Numbered from the whole stretch's first letter, positions 12,442 through 25,872 are shown. The stretch: 59,417 nucleotides of DNA, filler included, from Sphacelaria rigidula (GCA_964200075.2; 10 parts of 10 records of this genome joined end to end with filler, not necessarily neighbours in it); one strand, 5' to 3'. Numbers and translations: made by a program. The notes: generated by a model not told the origin, from the sequence alone.

Positions 12442-13236
12442 CCGTATAAGTGCGAGAGATGGCACCGGTCGGGAAGATGGCACCGGGGTGCGCAAAAAAA
12501 GTGGAAATTGCATGACTTAATTGTATCTTCGCACCGGGGTCGGTAAGATCACACCGGGGTGTGCGATCTTACCGACCCGGAACCCAACTTCGAGTTTTCC
12601 GCGGGTGGAGCAGGGCTGCTCATGAGCTGCTGCATGTACACACATATGTACCTTTCACGTGTGTGGTGTTGTCAACATGTTGTCGGGGCAACACTACTTT
12701 GCGTATGGTCACGGTTCAAGCAGGATGATGTCTGTTATTTTCGTTTAATCCGCATGGAAAATCGCTCATTTCGTCCGAATAAAGTACGACACACACACAA
12801 ATGAAGCGGCCGACATTTTTACCTTCTCACCATATCCAGACTAGCACTGAACACCTACCGGTATACAGCAGATGACCTCTGTGCTATGGTGATCTACGGC
12901 AAGCTAGTGCGAGCTACTACGTTCCAGACCCCGTTCCCGTGATCCCTTCGAGCCAGCAACAAAGGTACCTGGATACCAATGATGCGCCCACCGCACAAAC
13001 GAAAGAACGCTGCTCTCTACGGATGATCTTCTGTTTTCTCAACTAGCCATCTTTCACAACTCAATGCCTCCTTCCTCGTCCCCATCCCCCGACACGCCCA
13101 AGTATGTAGGCCACCGTTTGCATCTGTTTGGGCATCGCACCGGTCGGGGAGATGGCCCCGGGGTGCCAAAACAAATCCGAGAAATATACATTTAAAGAAT
13201 CGATCGCACCCGGTGCCATCTCTCGCACTTTTACGG
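12442..13236. mobile_element. Non-autonomous Tc1/mariner (pogo-like) element
   Basis: TIRs CCGTATAAGTGCGAGAGATGGCACCGG / CCGGTGCCATCTCTCGCACTTTTACGG, TA on both flanks, repeated subterminal GATGGCACCGG motifs. Confidence 0.8.
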
Positions 13237-13469
13237 TACTTTCCTCGCTACCGGCAAAACGCAAGATCCCGGTAATTCAGTATACCCTAGCACACAACAG
13301 TACGAAAGGTAGGGCTGTGAGTTGGCGGCTCTGGTCAGTTAAGTTTTAACTTGTCGCGCCAGCGACCTGTTAGTCGATGTTCTCCAAGTTTATCGGCGTT
13401 TATTTGCGACGCCGATTAACTGGGAGAACATCGACGGCGAGCATCGAAGCCGCGATAACGCCCCCCGCT

Positions 13470-13590
13470 GCGGTCGAGCCTGGTCCGGCGGAAACCCGGC
13501 GTGCTCCGTCCCGGCTTCGTAGGGATGCGAGGTCAATGGTCTGATGACAATGGCATGCGTGATCATGAGCACACACACACCCCCGCCGCC
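13470..13590 (+). mobile_element. Retroposon 3' end (type B tail)
   Basis: Matches 6010-6110; ends GATCATGAGCACACACACACCCCC. Confidence 0.7.
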
Positions 13591-15229
13591 GCCGGGGACA
13601 AGAACAAATGTGGTATTTGGCTCGTTTCACCTTCAAACATATTTCCCCCCGTGGTGTCTGTAGCCCTGTTAAGAATTCTATGCATCTTCATTATGGTTGG
13701 GGAAGACTGTATGTTTTTTATTGGTGCCGGTCACGAGTTCAGATTCGTTGTTGTCCTACCGAAAATGGCTCAATTGTCGGACAACACCCCTCCCTTTCCG
13801 CTGAGATTGTTCTGTGAGGGGATGCGTTTGTCTCATCTCCGGGAAAAGGGCGAGGGGGGAGAAGGCGGGTCATCAGGAAATATTATATGGTGCAAACGTT
13901 CCTGCGATGCCTCCAACCTGTTCGTAGGCACCGTTCTTCGCCTGTGAATGTCTATGTAACTGGCGAGAATCGTAGATAGCACCCCCATCGCGTCCGGAGG
14001 GAGGAGCCATTTCATCCCCGTGTGAGGGGAAAAGGGGGAGGGGGATAACTTTCTTGAGTGTTCACATGGATGGTTACGACTTCTGGGATAGAGCCTTCAC
14101 CAAATTTCTCACAGGTGAGCAGATTTACAAGACGACCGGCAGCGGGAGGCGGTGCGATGGAACAGGAAGCAGAAGTAGGTGATTTCGGCTCGCCCCAATG
14201 ACCGCCGCGCCGGCTACATCCGATCTGGGATCGCGTAGGATAAATGGGTCGGGATCACCATGACCTCTGGAACAGAGCCATCAAGAATTCTCAGCCCAAG
14301 AACCCATGCCGGGGGATGGACATCATCTGCTGTCTCCAGGTATCATGCTCTCCCGATACCTCTCGGGGGTGGACGGGTTTGCAGCACGATTCACGCCGGG
14401 GGACAATGCGTCGGAGGCGAGGTAGCGAACACCGGAGGTCGCCTCTCCACCAATGGCCGGTCCGCTGACGGCACCCGATCTGGGATCGTGGAGGAACAAC
14501 GGGCGGGAGGAGGCGCACGAGTTGGCGGCGAGATAGTGTGGTGACGGCCGCGGACGACGACGGAGAGATGGTGGCCGCCCACTGTTGTTGCCACAGTTGT
14601 CGTACAATGCGACGATGTAGAGGTCACTCCCGTGTCCTACATGACATCTTTTGCAAAGGCGAAGTAAATACGGGTGCCTGTAGTGGCTGTGCTGGTGTTG
14701 CATGAAGGTGTGTTCGGGGGCCAGCGAAGGTCTACAGGCTCGGGCTTGCTACGCACACGAGGAGGAGGAGAGGACGCCGCCGTGCTCGAGCAATAAACGG
14801 TGGGTTTTGTGATTTGCTGAGCTCCAGAATCTCCACGACACTATGTACCGTCCCACTTACCGAAAAATAGGCGACCATTGAAAAAAACGAGAACAAATAA
14901 ATGCACACATAACACTAATCACGAACAACAAGTTACTCATTGACTTTTGATCAACAACTGAGTTTGATATTCATTTTATACGTATTTTCCCCAGAATTTA
15001 AGAAGCTTGGGGTTTAGGCTAGGCGCACCAACTTCCAATGAATAAATAGTTACATGCAACAATCAAAGCAAAGTCCAACACATCAACCACAAACAAACAA
15101 AACCTAATTTATTTGTGTATTAATCAAAAGTACAACCAATTCATTTGAACAGAGCTCTACGGTCAATCACTAAATAATATAGTGAGATATACGGATACTA
15201 CTACCGCCGCTGCTACTGATACTCCTACA

Positions 15230-15425
15230 CGCGACTGAACGTAGTGAGCGTCATCGACAGCGTGCTTTTATCCCGAACCCTGCTCACCGCACGCCCCATG
15301 TCCCATATGACCCCTCCGAGAAAGTGCGTGGAGAACTTGTCGTTCAGGAATTTGCCCACCTTCCGCACATTTTCCCCAACACCACTGATCAAAATGTCCT
15401 CGACGTCAACGACGAAACGTTCACG
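15230..15425 (-). pseudogene. Ty1/Copia reverse transcriptase fragment, inactivated
   Basis: FVVDVEDILISG...VGKFLNDKFSTHFLGGVIWDMGRAVSRVRDKSTLSMT resembles Copia RT YVDDILI.G...L..KF...DLG....LG..I.RD...L.LSQ. The catalytic YxDD is lost. Confidence 0.75.
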
Positions 15426-15896
15426 CACACGTCTCTTGCATCCGTTGTGTCGGGGTAGGCTAACCCCGTGGACAACACAACCACTAAGTAAGGGAGGGTA
15501 AGTTGACCTACTGGCTTGCTTGCGTGTCGGGTCGGTGGTGATGCAACACACACAGTCTCGGTAGTGGGTCATGCCAACGGTGCTAGCATCCAGGCTCAAT
15601 GCTGCAGCGCCGGAGTTCTGCCCTGGAAGGGGGACCGAATTAAACCTCGCAGCTGCAACGCTTTACCCCCGGCGTTGAGACCCTGTCACAGAAAGCACGT
15701 TGATGGAGATGAGGCACGTGTGAGTAAGTGTCAGATATGGCGGACTGGAGAAAGCAGGCGACGCGGAATGGGAAGACTGCACGAAAGCAAGCGACGCGGA
15801 ATGGGAAAACTGCACTCTCTCCGCGAGATCAAGGAGCAAGGCAAGTACCGTGGCAGACGTGCCAAAAGAAAAATCCGAACAGAAAAAAGCTCGCCC

Positions 15897-16152
15897 TGTA
15901 GCCAAATGATACCAAGCCGTAGGGTTTCAGTGTAATCGCATGCATGGTTGGAGCAGTGGCAGGGGACAGGGGATCCTGAATTGATGGCCTTTTTTGTGTG
16001 GCCCCTTGCTGACTGGTATGTGATCTGTTGAGGATCACTCCGAAATCTTGACACGTTAGAAAAAAGGACGTGTGGAGCACGAGACCAGTGATACTGAAGG
16101 AGTCCCTCGTTGAAAGTCCTCTTGTCTAGATCACCGTCTGGCAGAGGCTACG
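15897..16152 (+). repeat. LTR-like repeat, homologous to 299-566
   Basis: Starts TGTAGCC and ends GGCTACG (7-bp terminal inverted repeat, one mismatch). Lies just upstream of Gypsy-like gag/protease relics. No PBS or TSD recognised. Confidence 0.55.
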
Positions 16153-16316
16153 TTATCTAAATATTATTCTCGGCACTCTGTTGAAGGAGTTTTGTGTTAG
16201 GTGAGCCGCTAGACCCGCCAAGGTGTGGTGAGGTGTAGACCGAGGAAGCACAAAGAGCTTTTTATGCCGCATATCTCGACTACGTAGAGAGGTTATACCT
16301 TGCAAATGCTCAAGAA

Positions 16317-17756
16317 GTGATAATGCATGCTAGGGGGAGCATTGATCAACTCATCCCTACATACTACATGCATCGGTGCTTTGAAGGCATGTACGAGGAC
16401 CGTCGTGCTATGACCTCCGAGGAATTGCTAGATGCTGTGAAGCAGCATGCCGGGTACACCACAACCAGTGGCAAACATCATACTACGAGGGCTGCAGCAA
16501 TCCTGCGTAGAGTGCTTACAATGCAGCAAAGCGGTAAAGCATCCGTCAATGATAGAGCGATAATGGCTATCTCATCGATAGAAACGTTGTTCGCTGTAAA
16601 CCTCAAGGTGCAAGGCGGAGGACAGGAGCTGGTTGCCAGGCCCGACCGAGTCGGTTTCCACAACTCTGGTGGACGGAACTTCGCCTACGGAACTCAAGGC
16701 GTATGTTAGGAGCGTGCGAACGTACGCAGACGGCTGGAAAAAAGACTCCGACGGTGGTATTCAACAGAATATTCGATGCCGCCGACCACTGGAAGTTCAG
16801 TGAGGCGAATGGCCGGCGCGGTTCTGCGGCAAGTGCAGGTGGTGCGCGCCGCAAACAAGAACAGCGACAGAAACAGTAGCTGTCTTTGTGAGCGCCGTCC
16901 ACTCGCGCATGTTACAACGGCGGCGACAACGGACACCTGAAGGGTGGCCTCAAGCCTTGCGTTCGAGGCGATGCTCAAGGAAATGCGCGAGATTCATCAG
17001 AACCTCGTGGCGGTCGCCACGGTGGACGGGGCCGTGCCAACCATGGACGCGGCGGACGCGGTAGCGAGCAATCGGCAGCAGATGGTGGATTCCTCCGCTG
17101 CTGTTTCTTCCACTACGTCATCAGGTGGTGACTCTGGATCTTCTGGTTCGTCCGTGTCGGGGCGAACAGTGTACGTGGGAAATGCAAGTGCTTCAGTGGG
17201 TAGTGCTGGAGCGAATAGTTCGCGACCCCTCGGCCCGGCAGGATCCGTGTCTGGTGAATCTCCTGCTTGTGCCACGGCTGTAACAGTGCAGTCTGCACAT
17301 TCGGCGACGTGGTCTGGGTAGACCGCCGACTCTCAATTGTCGATGCCCAGTACTGGAGCGCAGCTCTGGGTTCAGGTGACTCTTGGTGCCGACCAAAGTT
17401 CATCGGCAGGTGTGGTGTCTATCGATCGCAACGCAGAATGTTCACGACCAGATATTTTCTTGCCTGGTTCCGTAGGTTCGTTCATGGCCCGCGTTATTCT
17501 GGATTCTGGGTCCGCGCTCACGTCGATCGGTGTGGGGTGGCTAGACCAAATGTCTTCGCTGTTCGGCGGCGCTCAGCTGCAAATTCCGACCGTAAATGGA
17601 CTGCAAACTGCACAGACCGCTACGGGTGCTCCCGTGACGGTTGCACATGAACCGGTGCCGATTGTTGTCAGCGTGCGTATAAGGGCTGAATCTCCTTTTC
17701 AGCGCTGGGGTCTATGTGTAAGAAAAGGCCGTGGGACCTCTGTTGTTGAATTGATT
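16317..17756 (+). mobile_element. Decayed Ty3/Gypsy-type LTR retrotransposon gag-protease region
   Basis: Broken co-directional ORFs (16317, 16944, 17337). Retropepsin motif ARVILDSGSALTSI with DSG at 17502-17510. Gag assignment is by position only. Confidence 0.7.
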
Positions 17757-20700
17757 NNNNNNNNNNNNNNNNNNNNNNNNNNNNNNNNNNNNNNNNNNNN
17801 TTAATTAATTAANNNNNNNNNNNNNNNNNNNNNNNNNNNNNNNNNNNNNNNNNNNNGAAACCCCTGAGTAGGATATCAACGTGTAGCTGTAAGCACATGG
17901 CAGTGATGAGACGACGAAAAGCACACACGGAATGAAAAAATGGCCAAGTTCAAGTGAAATTTCCAAAGCCACTCTCAATCCGCACCCCACTCTCAATCTC
18001 ACGAAAACCGTGTTAGTAGTGGCCAAGGGGTCAATGATCTGCATCATCATTATCCACGTGAAAAGTGCTCGTTGATCGAGTGGGGAACCATGCAGTAGTA
18101 TTTTCTTGGCATGATGAGCTGTCTCCCTTCTCTTCTTCCCGGCCCGTTTGGTTGGCGCTTTTGCGGAACACAGGGGGCGGGAAATATGTGTTGCACGTTT
18201 CTGCTCCACTCTTGACGCCTCGAAATAGGTGACAGCTGCGGTGCTGCTGCTGTAAATGGCACGCATTACAAAACAGTACGGTATCATCGTACTACCGTGA
18301 ACGGTGCCTCGTTTGCCAACAGAAGCTCGAAAAAAGGCAGCCAACTGGTGTTTATAAACCCTCATCCTCCGGTACATAAATGGCAGTAACTATCTGGCCA
18401 GTCAATACCCCACTATGCAGCAACTATCTGGCCAGCCAATACCCCAACTTGTGAGTAAGACCATCAGGAGGATATGTAGACCTTGACCATACTGACCGGT
18501 CACCATTCTGTCCGGTTATCCGTACAGCACCGACTGCATCATCAGTGTAGGCCGCAGACAGGTGACGGCGTCGAGTATGAACACGTGGCACGGCACAGAT
18601 GAATGTTTACAGGTATTATTATATATTAACCGCACCTTGCGCACAGAGGACTACGACCTCACACAGAGAAAAGTATCGTAACAATACTGTTCAGGCTAAA
18701 AAAACAAAATTGGGTCCTCCAGTTTCCTCCTCGAAAATGGTTTCAAACGGGTACCATTTCGAAAAAAACGCACACCTCACGAGAAAATGCGTCCTTCAAG
18801 ATCCCCTCGACTTTGAATAGACCCAAGTAGACTCCGACTTGAACGAGTGGGGGAGAGGACAAGTAGACGAGTATCCCTCATGTATTTACGCTACACTACT
18901 TCTCGATATCCGGCAGAGCGGCAAACACCGCAGGATCCACGCTGATATCTAGGGAGGTCACAAGTCGATTGCGGAGGTTAGCTCGACCAATCTGATGGCA
19001 AGGGTGTGGCTCCAACCAATGGTTTCCAGTTCTCTTACATTCGAGATACGCAGATACGAATCTCTTGGGTGCACGGGCGTGCGCATGTATCCAGATTAAC
19101 CGCATTGTGTATCGAAGACCTCTCATCAACTGGGAAATAACTCAGGAAACATGACGTGGAGACGTCAAGGGATCAACTTCGCCTCTCCTGGTAGAACTAC
19201 GAAGATAAAAACGCGAACCCAAAGACTGACTTGCATGGCAGTCGAAAAAACGGATCTGTACGCAGATCAGGGGACCTCAGATCCAGAAACGCATTGTATG
19301 GACGCCAATTCAACACAAATCGGGGAAGCTCAGATTCGTTTGTCACGGTACGAGAACGGTTTTACACAAATCTGAGCTCAGATCCGTGGAAAATCGAGGT
19401 CCCCCGAATCTGCAGCAACTGACGTACGTATGTTGACGTACGATGATGGGGCAGCAGGCGTTTGGTATTCTTGAAACAGCAGCAGACAGTTTCGTGACAG
19501 CGCAGGCAGTGCCTGCGAGCGCCGGCTGCTGGAGCAGCTCCGCACGGGGTTTGACAAGCGGATGAGAAGTATTGACGCCGTACCCAGCAGTGATGGCAAA
19601 ATTTTATGCTGCACTGTGCTGCTGTATGTATCATCATAACGAACGGTACTGTACTACTCTACACTCTACTGTCGTGGTTGTTGCAGGGTGATGAATGACA
19701 CTGCACTCGTGAACTCTTGCCGCACACTGTGCACTGCTCTCGCAATACCGAGTGTACCATCATGTATTACCACACGGAATTATCCTATACTGTGATTGTG
19801 GAGTGTAGTGCACTGCATCATACCCTAGGGTACCACGGTACGACGCTGCTCTTGAAGGGTGATTCCCTTCCTGGCTATTCTTCGGCTTCACTATGATACC
19901 ACACCCGCCCAGAAAATGACCATTCGTGTACAGAACAATTTCAACAAATCTGTAAAGCCATACAGGGGTACAGACGAATCTGAGTTTCACGAATCTGGGT
20001 CCCCCGATTTGGCACAGATTCGGATCCCGCCAAATTCGGGTCTGTCTTCCATACAACTCGGTCTAAAAGCATAAATACGCTCTCGCGTTCTCAAAAAAAA
20101 TCCTGCAACAGCGAATCAAACTATTGGGGGAGGAACTCCCTTCCCTTCTTCGTACTGTGGTGGACAAATTACAGCAGACACAGGGCATTCCGAAGCTCTA
20201 TTTGTAAAACCGTAGCTTCCACGACGAAACAACGCCCTCCCCACTCGAGTCACTGTCCGCTCGGGAGGAATACGCTGTTGAAACAAATTCTCTCGACACA
20301 TTTCATAGTCAAGGAGCTTCAAACATACTAACCCGCAACGTCACTTGTTAAGCTTGTTGGGCTATTTTCTTGCGGTGAAGGTAGAGTTGACCACAAAACA
20401 AACTGGACCATATGACAGCACGACTAAAAACGGCGCAAATGTGCCACGGTGATCTACCGCGCATCAATCCGAGTCCGTCTCCTAATCTAGGCATGAACAA
20501 AACGAACCGGGCCGTCTGACAGCACGACGACTGAAAACCGCGCGAATGCACGACGGTGATCAACCACGCACTGATTCAAGTCCGTCTCCCGATCTAGGTA
20601 TGAACCAACACTTCGCTACTGTTCTGCAAGTCCAATCCATTACTGTAGTAGAAGCAAGCACGGAAAGGGTAAGAACGAAAAAAAGAGGGCAAACTTGGCT

Positions 20701-21718
20701 CTGTTTGTCGTCAAGAACGGCCCTAAGTTGCACAATTAAAAATTCCTCCAAATTAAAATTCAAAAAGATACAAAACAAAAGGGAATCCACCATGTACTAC
20801 ATGCATTGTGCCCAACAACGGCCGGTTTTTACAACGACCGTAGTGGCGAACATGTCCCCTCCCCTCACGTCTTCGCCCCATTGCTCTTTTCCACACTACT
20901 GCCTATGACTTAGCGGTCCCACCTACCTAGCGCAAAAAGGTAATTTTTTTCATGAAACGTACAGATGGAATACAGTATACACCCAAGTCAAGATATACGC
21001 GCTACGAAATCATTGCAGCAATACAAGCTTTACTAACGGGCGCCCCAAGAAACACACGTCATTTTCAAAAGCCCAACATACTCAAAAACAAACGAGCTGT
21101 CGGAGCTTCAGGTAGAAAGTTCAAGAGAGGGAACGAAGGGGAACAGAAGACTAGCAGGGGATAAACAGCACTCGAGGAATCACTAAAACCTCTTTCCTTC
21201 CTGCTTGTCCACCTGCTGGTAGGATGCGAGAAAAACTTTGACACGGAGGCGTCACGCATGGCGACAAAAATCTTCGTCGACAGCGAATGGGGAAAACGCC
21301 TCAAAATGCATGCAATTGAACACAAGAAAGCGCGCCAAAGGCACAGCTATTGCCCATGTGAAGGGATGATGAGTTCTTGTTCGACACCGATGGAAAGCAA
21401 CCCCTGTTTCTACAAGGAACTCTCGACATCCACCGCCCCCGCCACCCCATAAAGAGATGCCAAGTCTTTGACCGAAACTTCAGGTATTTTACCGCTCGAG
21501 TACAGGTAGGCTCCACACCTACACGTGGCGGACCACGTTCCATCAAGATACCTGCCCGGCCATCATATTTTGTGCTTCTCTACTACAAGCACTCCCAATA
21601 ACGCCAGTCAATGTGAAGTTGAGGCTTACGCCCCCAGTCGGCAAGAGCCTCAAGTCCCTGCCTGCCCCCCGCTTCTTCACACAATCCTATGGCACCTCGC
21701 CCGTCAATGCCATCATTA

Positions 21719-21783
21719 TTAAGGGCAAGCTACGCAGTCAGTGCACTCTCCGCACCCACGGCACAGCTGTCCAAGGCCGAAGT
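21719..21783 (-). CDS. Last coding exon of a Cys-module/Ser-Gly repeat protein
   Basis: Long pyrimidine tract + CAG acceptor. The phase-1 join gives HCN-YFGLGQLCRGCGECTDCVACP-stop, paralleling GCGIFGLNMVCKAC in the upstream module. Confidence 0.8.
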
Positions 21784-22502
21784 CTGCTCGTGGTGGAGGG
21801 GGTCGGGACCAACATTACGCAAGGGAGAGATCAAAGGGGAGAGGGGAGAACAAACAGGGGGGGAAAAGGGGGCATTGAGACGCTGCTCGACCACGGCAAC
21901 GGTCGGTGGAAGACTATCAATACCTGAGCGCGGCTGAAGCATGGTACATCGTGTTGATATGGATGCGTAACAGTGTGTTGGTGCCATAGAACAGACATGC
22001 TGCGCCGCCGAGTAGGAGTTATATGCGCCAATGATTGCATCGCCCAGAAATAATAAGGTTCCAACTACAGGCGCAAAGTGAAGCGGTAGAGCGCTTGTTC
22101 ATATGCGATGAGACCTGTGATAGTTTTCTTTCGGCAGGATACGTGAGCCCTAGAGTCGTACTTTGCTTCAAGATTGCTACAACGGAAAGGGCTACGCACT
22201 AGTCACGTCATCCATACACAAATGACGGGAGTGGGTGTGTAGCCGTGACCAAAGCCATGATATGGGACCGTAGGTCGCTGGAAGCTGTGTACGTCATTAT
22301 ACGAAGCCATTATAGTCATGCTGTAAGCTCGTTGTAGATTTTGACCTGTATCATTTCGAGGTTTTCGCGTGTGCCAAAACTAGAAAAACAGGGGAGGGGG
22401 GGGGGGGGGTTACCCCAAAACAGGGGGCGTAGCCTACGNNNNNNNNNNGTTGTCGTGTGGTGTTGTTGTGGTGGGGGGGGGGGGGGGGGGGGGGTGGCGC
22501 GG

Positions 22503-22543
<41 letters not shown>

Positions 22544-22667
22544 GTTACCCCAAAACAGGGGGCGTAGCCTACGGGTAAAATTGCTGCGAGACGAGTAACA
22601 AACGAGCACCTTTCGCACTGTCCGGAATTGGACGTGATTTCCAAAACAGAGGGGAACCAAAACTCAC

Positions 22668-23565
22668 AGTTGCAGTGGCTTGGGTCCTCGCTCGGGTCTT
22701 CGCATCGTGGGTCGCACACAATCTGCTTTCCACCAACACTGTCGTAATTGTCGAGCGCCTCTTGCTGAGCAGGAGAAATGTCGCTACATACCGCCTCCTC
22801 CTCAGCAGTGCAGCCACTCGTACTTGAGGAAGGGTCATTGCCGGACGATCCGGATTCGGATCCGCTCGCACCACTGCTTGAGGGCTCGCTTCCTGAACCT
22901 GAACTGGATCCGTCAGGACTCGTACTCTCAGACGAGCCGGACGCACCACTGCTTGAGGGCTCGCTTCCTGAACCTGAACTGGACCCGTCAGGACTCATAC
23001 TTCCAGACGAGCCGGATGCACCACTGCTGGAGGAATCGCTTCCTGAACCTGAACTGGACCCGTTCGGGCTCGTACTTCCAGACGAGCCGGACGCACCACT
23101 GCTTGAGGGATCGCTTCCTGAACCTGAACTGGACCCGTTCGGACTCGTACTTCCAGACGAGCCGGACGCACCACTGCTTGAGGGCCCGCTTCCTGAACCT
23201 GAACCGGACCCGTCAGGACTCATACTTCCAGACGAGGACGTTGGGGAAGCGGTACCTCCGAAATCTTCGATTACCGGAGACCCTGTAGGTAGGGGGTCGA
23301 ACGATTCGACACTAGGTGTTGGCATCGGTGTGGGGAAGGAGTCGATGACTTCGACAAGAGGGGCCGGCGTCGTTGTGTCCGTGCCCGAGGTACTAGCTGC
23401 CGGCATCGGTGTGGAGAAGGCACCAGGTGTCGGCGTCGAAATAGGGTCAGCGTCGTACGCCGGTATATCCTCGCCGTCGTAACAGGCCTTGCACACCATG
23501 TTCAGACCGAAGATTCCGCATCCATCAGTGGGATCGTCTGGGCAAGTGAGGTCGCAGCACAGATA
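22668..23565 (-). CDS. Mucin/proteoglycan-like protein exon: Cys module, Pro/Thr linker, Ser/Gly repeats, Cys module; gene is 5'-partial
   Basis: CAG acceptor at 23566-23568, GTGAGT donor at 22667. 898-bp open exon: YLCCDLTCPDDPTDGC...TPTP...(SSGSTSPNGSSSGSGSDPSSSGASG)x5...CDPRCEDP. Confidence 0.85.
22868..23240. repeat. Coding minisatellite, 75-bp (25-aa) unit, about 5 copies
   Basis: GACGAGCCGG recurs at 22931, 23006, 23081 and 23156, with a variant at 23231. Confidence 0.92.
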
Positions 23566-25337
23566 CTGGTGAACGAAAGGGTGGGGAAGGGGGGGGCGAG
23601 TGGGGGTCGGAGGGATGGGGTGGGGGGGGGGGGGGGGGAGAAAAGGTTGGGAAACCCCAGTGATTGCATGAACGGGTGGCCTGGGAGAGAAAAAGCTGAG
23701 GTGCTTCCNNNNNNNNNNNNNNNNNNNNNNNNNNNNNNNNNNNNNNNNNNNNTTAATTAATTAANNNNNNNNNNNNNNNNNNNNNNNNNNNNNNNNNNNN
23801 NNNNNNNNGTGGGGATTCGAACTCATGACCTCCATAACTGGAGTCTCTTGTATCACTTGGATTGAAGGGGCGCGGCCGTGTCACACGAAAAGTGCGATGC
23901 GGCGCCCAATTTGAGGTATGTTTGTCCGAAACTATACCAGGATGTCGTTGACGCGAGTGCCCGTATGTGTTGGCGTGTTGGCGTCGTTTTCATCATTTTT
24001 AGAGGAAGTTACAGCTTTTTCACCTGCTGCCTCTCTACTGTACTTCAATAGAGTATAGTATACTTTGTACATGGTATCTTGCATTGTAGCTGTGGCGACA
24101 GACGACAGAGAAATCGATAGACACTGTGCAGCAAAGCAGATTCCGGTATATATCTATCGATAGCAATTAGCGCCATCAACAGATTTTGTACACAATCTGT
24201 CATCAGCCATTGCCGTCATCAATGCATTCGGTGGACAATCTATCAAAAGCCATCGCCATCGACAGATTGTGGCACACAGTCTAGCATAACCATTATTGCC
24301 GGCCAAAAGATTTGGAAATCTAGCGATCGATATATTCGGTCGGCGGCAGTAGTTTTCGATGAAGGGCCACCATAGGCTGCTGCCCGGGCAATAATGTTGG
24401 AAAGGGGTCGATAGACGTTGCCGACAATAACGGAGAGATATGCTTGTCGATCGACAGCCTCTACCCACTGCTACCCACGGCAGTGTTGGCATGTACTGCG
24501 GCAGATTCTATTGCTACGGGTATTACAATCATCCAGGGTGTGGACTGCACCGAGATTTCATCCCAGCACGACTCAACCGTCAGAAATTATGGAGGTTATA
24601 CGAATACAGAGCGTGACATATGTTGACAAACTCTTATTTGGAGCGAGGCTCGGCGTCTTATTTTCTCCCCGATTTCAGCAGAAATGCTTAGATCCCAATT
24701 CTTATTGTTCGAAGAGGTGCACAACACCTGATGGTTTATTTTGTAATTTTTATTTTGCACAGGCATCCGATACAACGTTCCTTCCCTTAAGCGCTTGTCA
24801 AGAATCATGCTCAGCACATTGCATCCATCACCCATATTTCACCCGACTTTCAATATATGACAAAGCTCTCGAGGACTGTAGGATAAATAAAAGTTGATGT
24901 TGCCTACCTCCAACGACTACATAACTGATGTAGCACTGAACAATTAATTGTAGCCACAGAACAGCCACTCAATCGACATGGATGGTCTATATTATGCACA
25001 TTGGGCGTCAATACTTACCCCCTGCTACTGACTGCCGGGTTTTCCGGCCTGTTTCTGAACGTTCGCGCTGTCTGTTTTGCCCCCGCCCCCTTCCGACCGT
25101 ACCCCCCTCCCTGCTGTTTGTTATTAAGCTCTGGTAAAACCCACGAACCCACCGGTGCGCTTGCTTCCGTGCCGTATGCAGCTATCTGTAGCTTCATGCT
25201 ACGCACGCTCTGATCTTCAAGATGCACACGGTAGTCGTACACTTCTTTCGTGCGCTCCTGACTCCTCGAGTGACCGGGCTACCAAACCACCCCATGCTCA
25301 ATCTCGACAACACTCCACATTCCACTACGGAACTGTC

Positions 25338-25872
25338 CAAGGCTGTGCTCTGTAGGCTACGGATATGTTCGGTATATAGGGTATGAGACTCCTTACAGAA
25401 CCTACAGAAATATCGGGCACCGGTATGAAAGTCTCACAGGAATGACAAAACGGTCGGGTGACGTTTTGAAAGTCTCACAGAAATTATAGAACTGTCGGGT
25501 ACGGCATGGGAGGCTTACAGAAAAACCGTACCCGTAATCGGGTATTTCTTCAAGAGGATACCCGCGCTCCGGGTATGGGTAGACATTTTGTACACATAAC
25601 GCATAGAACTGTCCGGTAAAGGTATGGAAGGATTACAGAACTCACAGAAACTGTCCGGTAGGGTATGGAGGTTGCGCAGAAAACCATACCCGCAATCGGG
25701 TATCTCATCAAGAGTATACCTTTGCCCCCCGGTAACGGTGCGGGAGGCTTACAGAGATTACAGGACTATCGAGTGAGGGTATGAAAGTCTTACAGAAGTC
25801 ACAGAACTGTCGGACACGGTAAGTACCCGGGAAAGGTGTACAGAAAACCGTACCGTACAGAACACGACCTTG
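25338..25872. mobile_element. hAT-like MITE with internal repeated motifs
   Basis: Imperfect TIRs CAAGGCTGTGCTCTGTAGGCTACGG / CCGTACCGTACAGAACACGACCTTG. Many internal ACAGAACTGTCGGGTA/GGTATG units. No TSD preserved. Confidence 0.65.

Noticed and set aside
14598..14840. Possible solo LTR (TGTCGT...ACGACA with AATAAA)
   Set aside because: No TSD, PPT or second copy in the window; a 6-bp inverted match may be chance.
22400..22575. Duplicated GTTACCCCAAAACAGGGGGCGTAGCCTACG with poly(G) and a poly-Pro ORF tail
   Set aside because: Flanks a 10-N scaffold gap inside an intron; likely an assembly overlap artefact.
22778..23482. 234-aa plus-strand repeat ORF (PEPELDP), or a CRISPR-like array
   Set aside because: Antisense of the Ser/Gly exon, which has the splice sites and Cys modules. 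The units are contiguous with no unique spacers.
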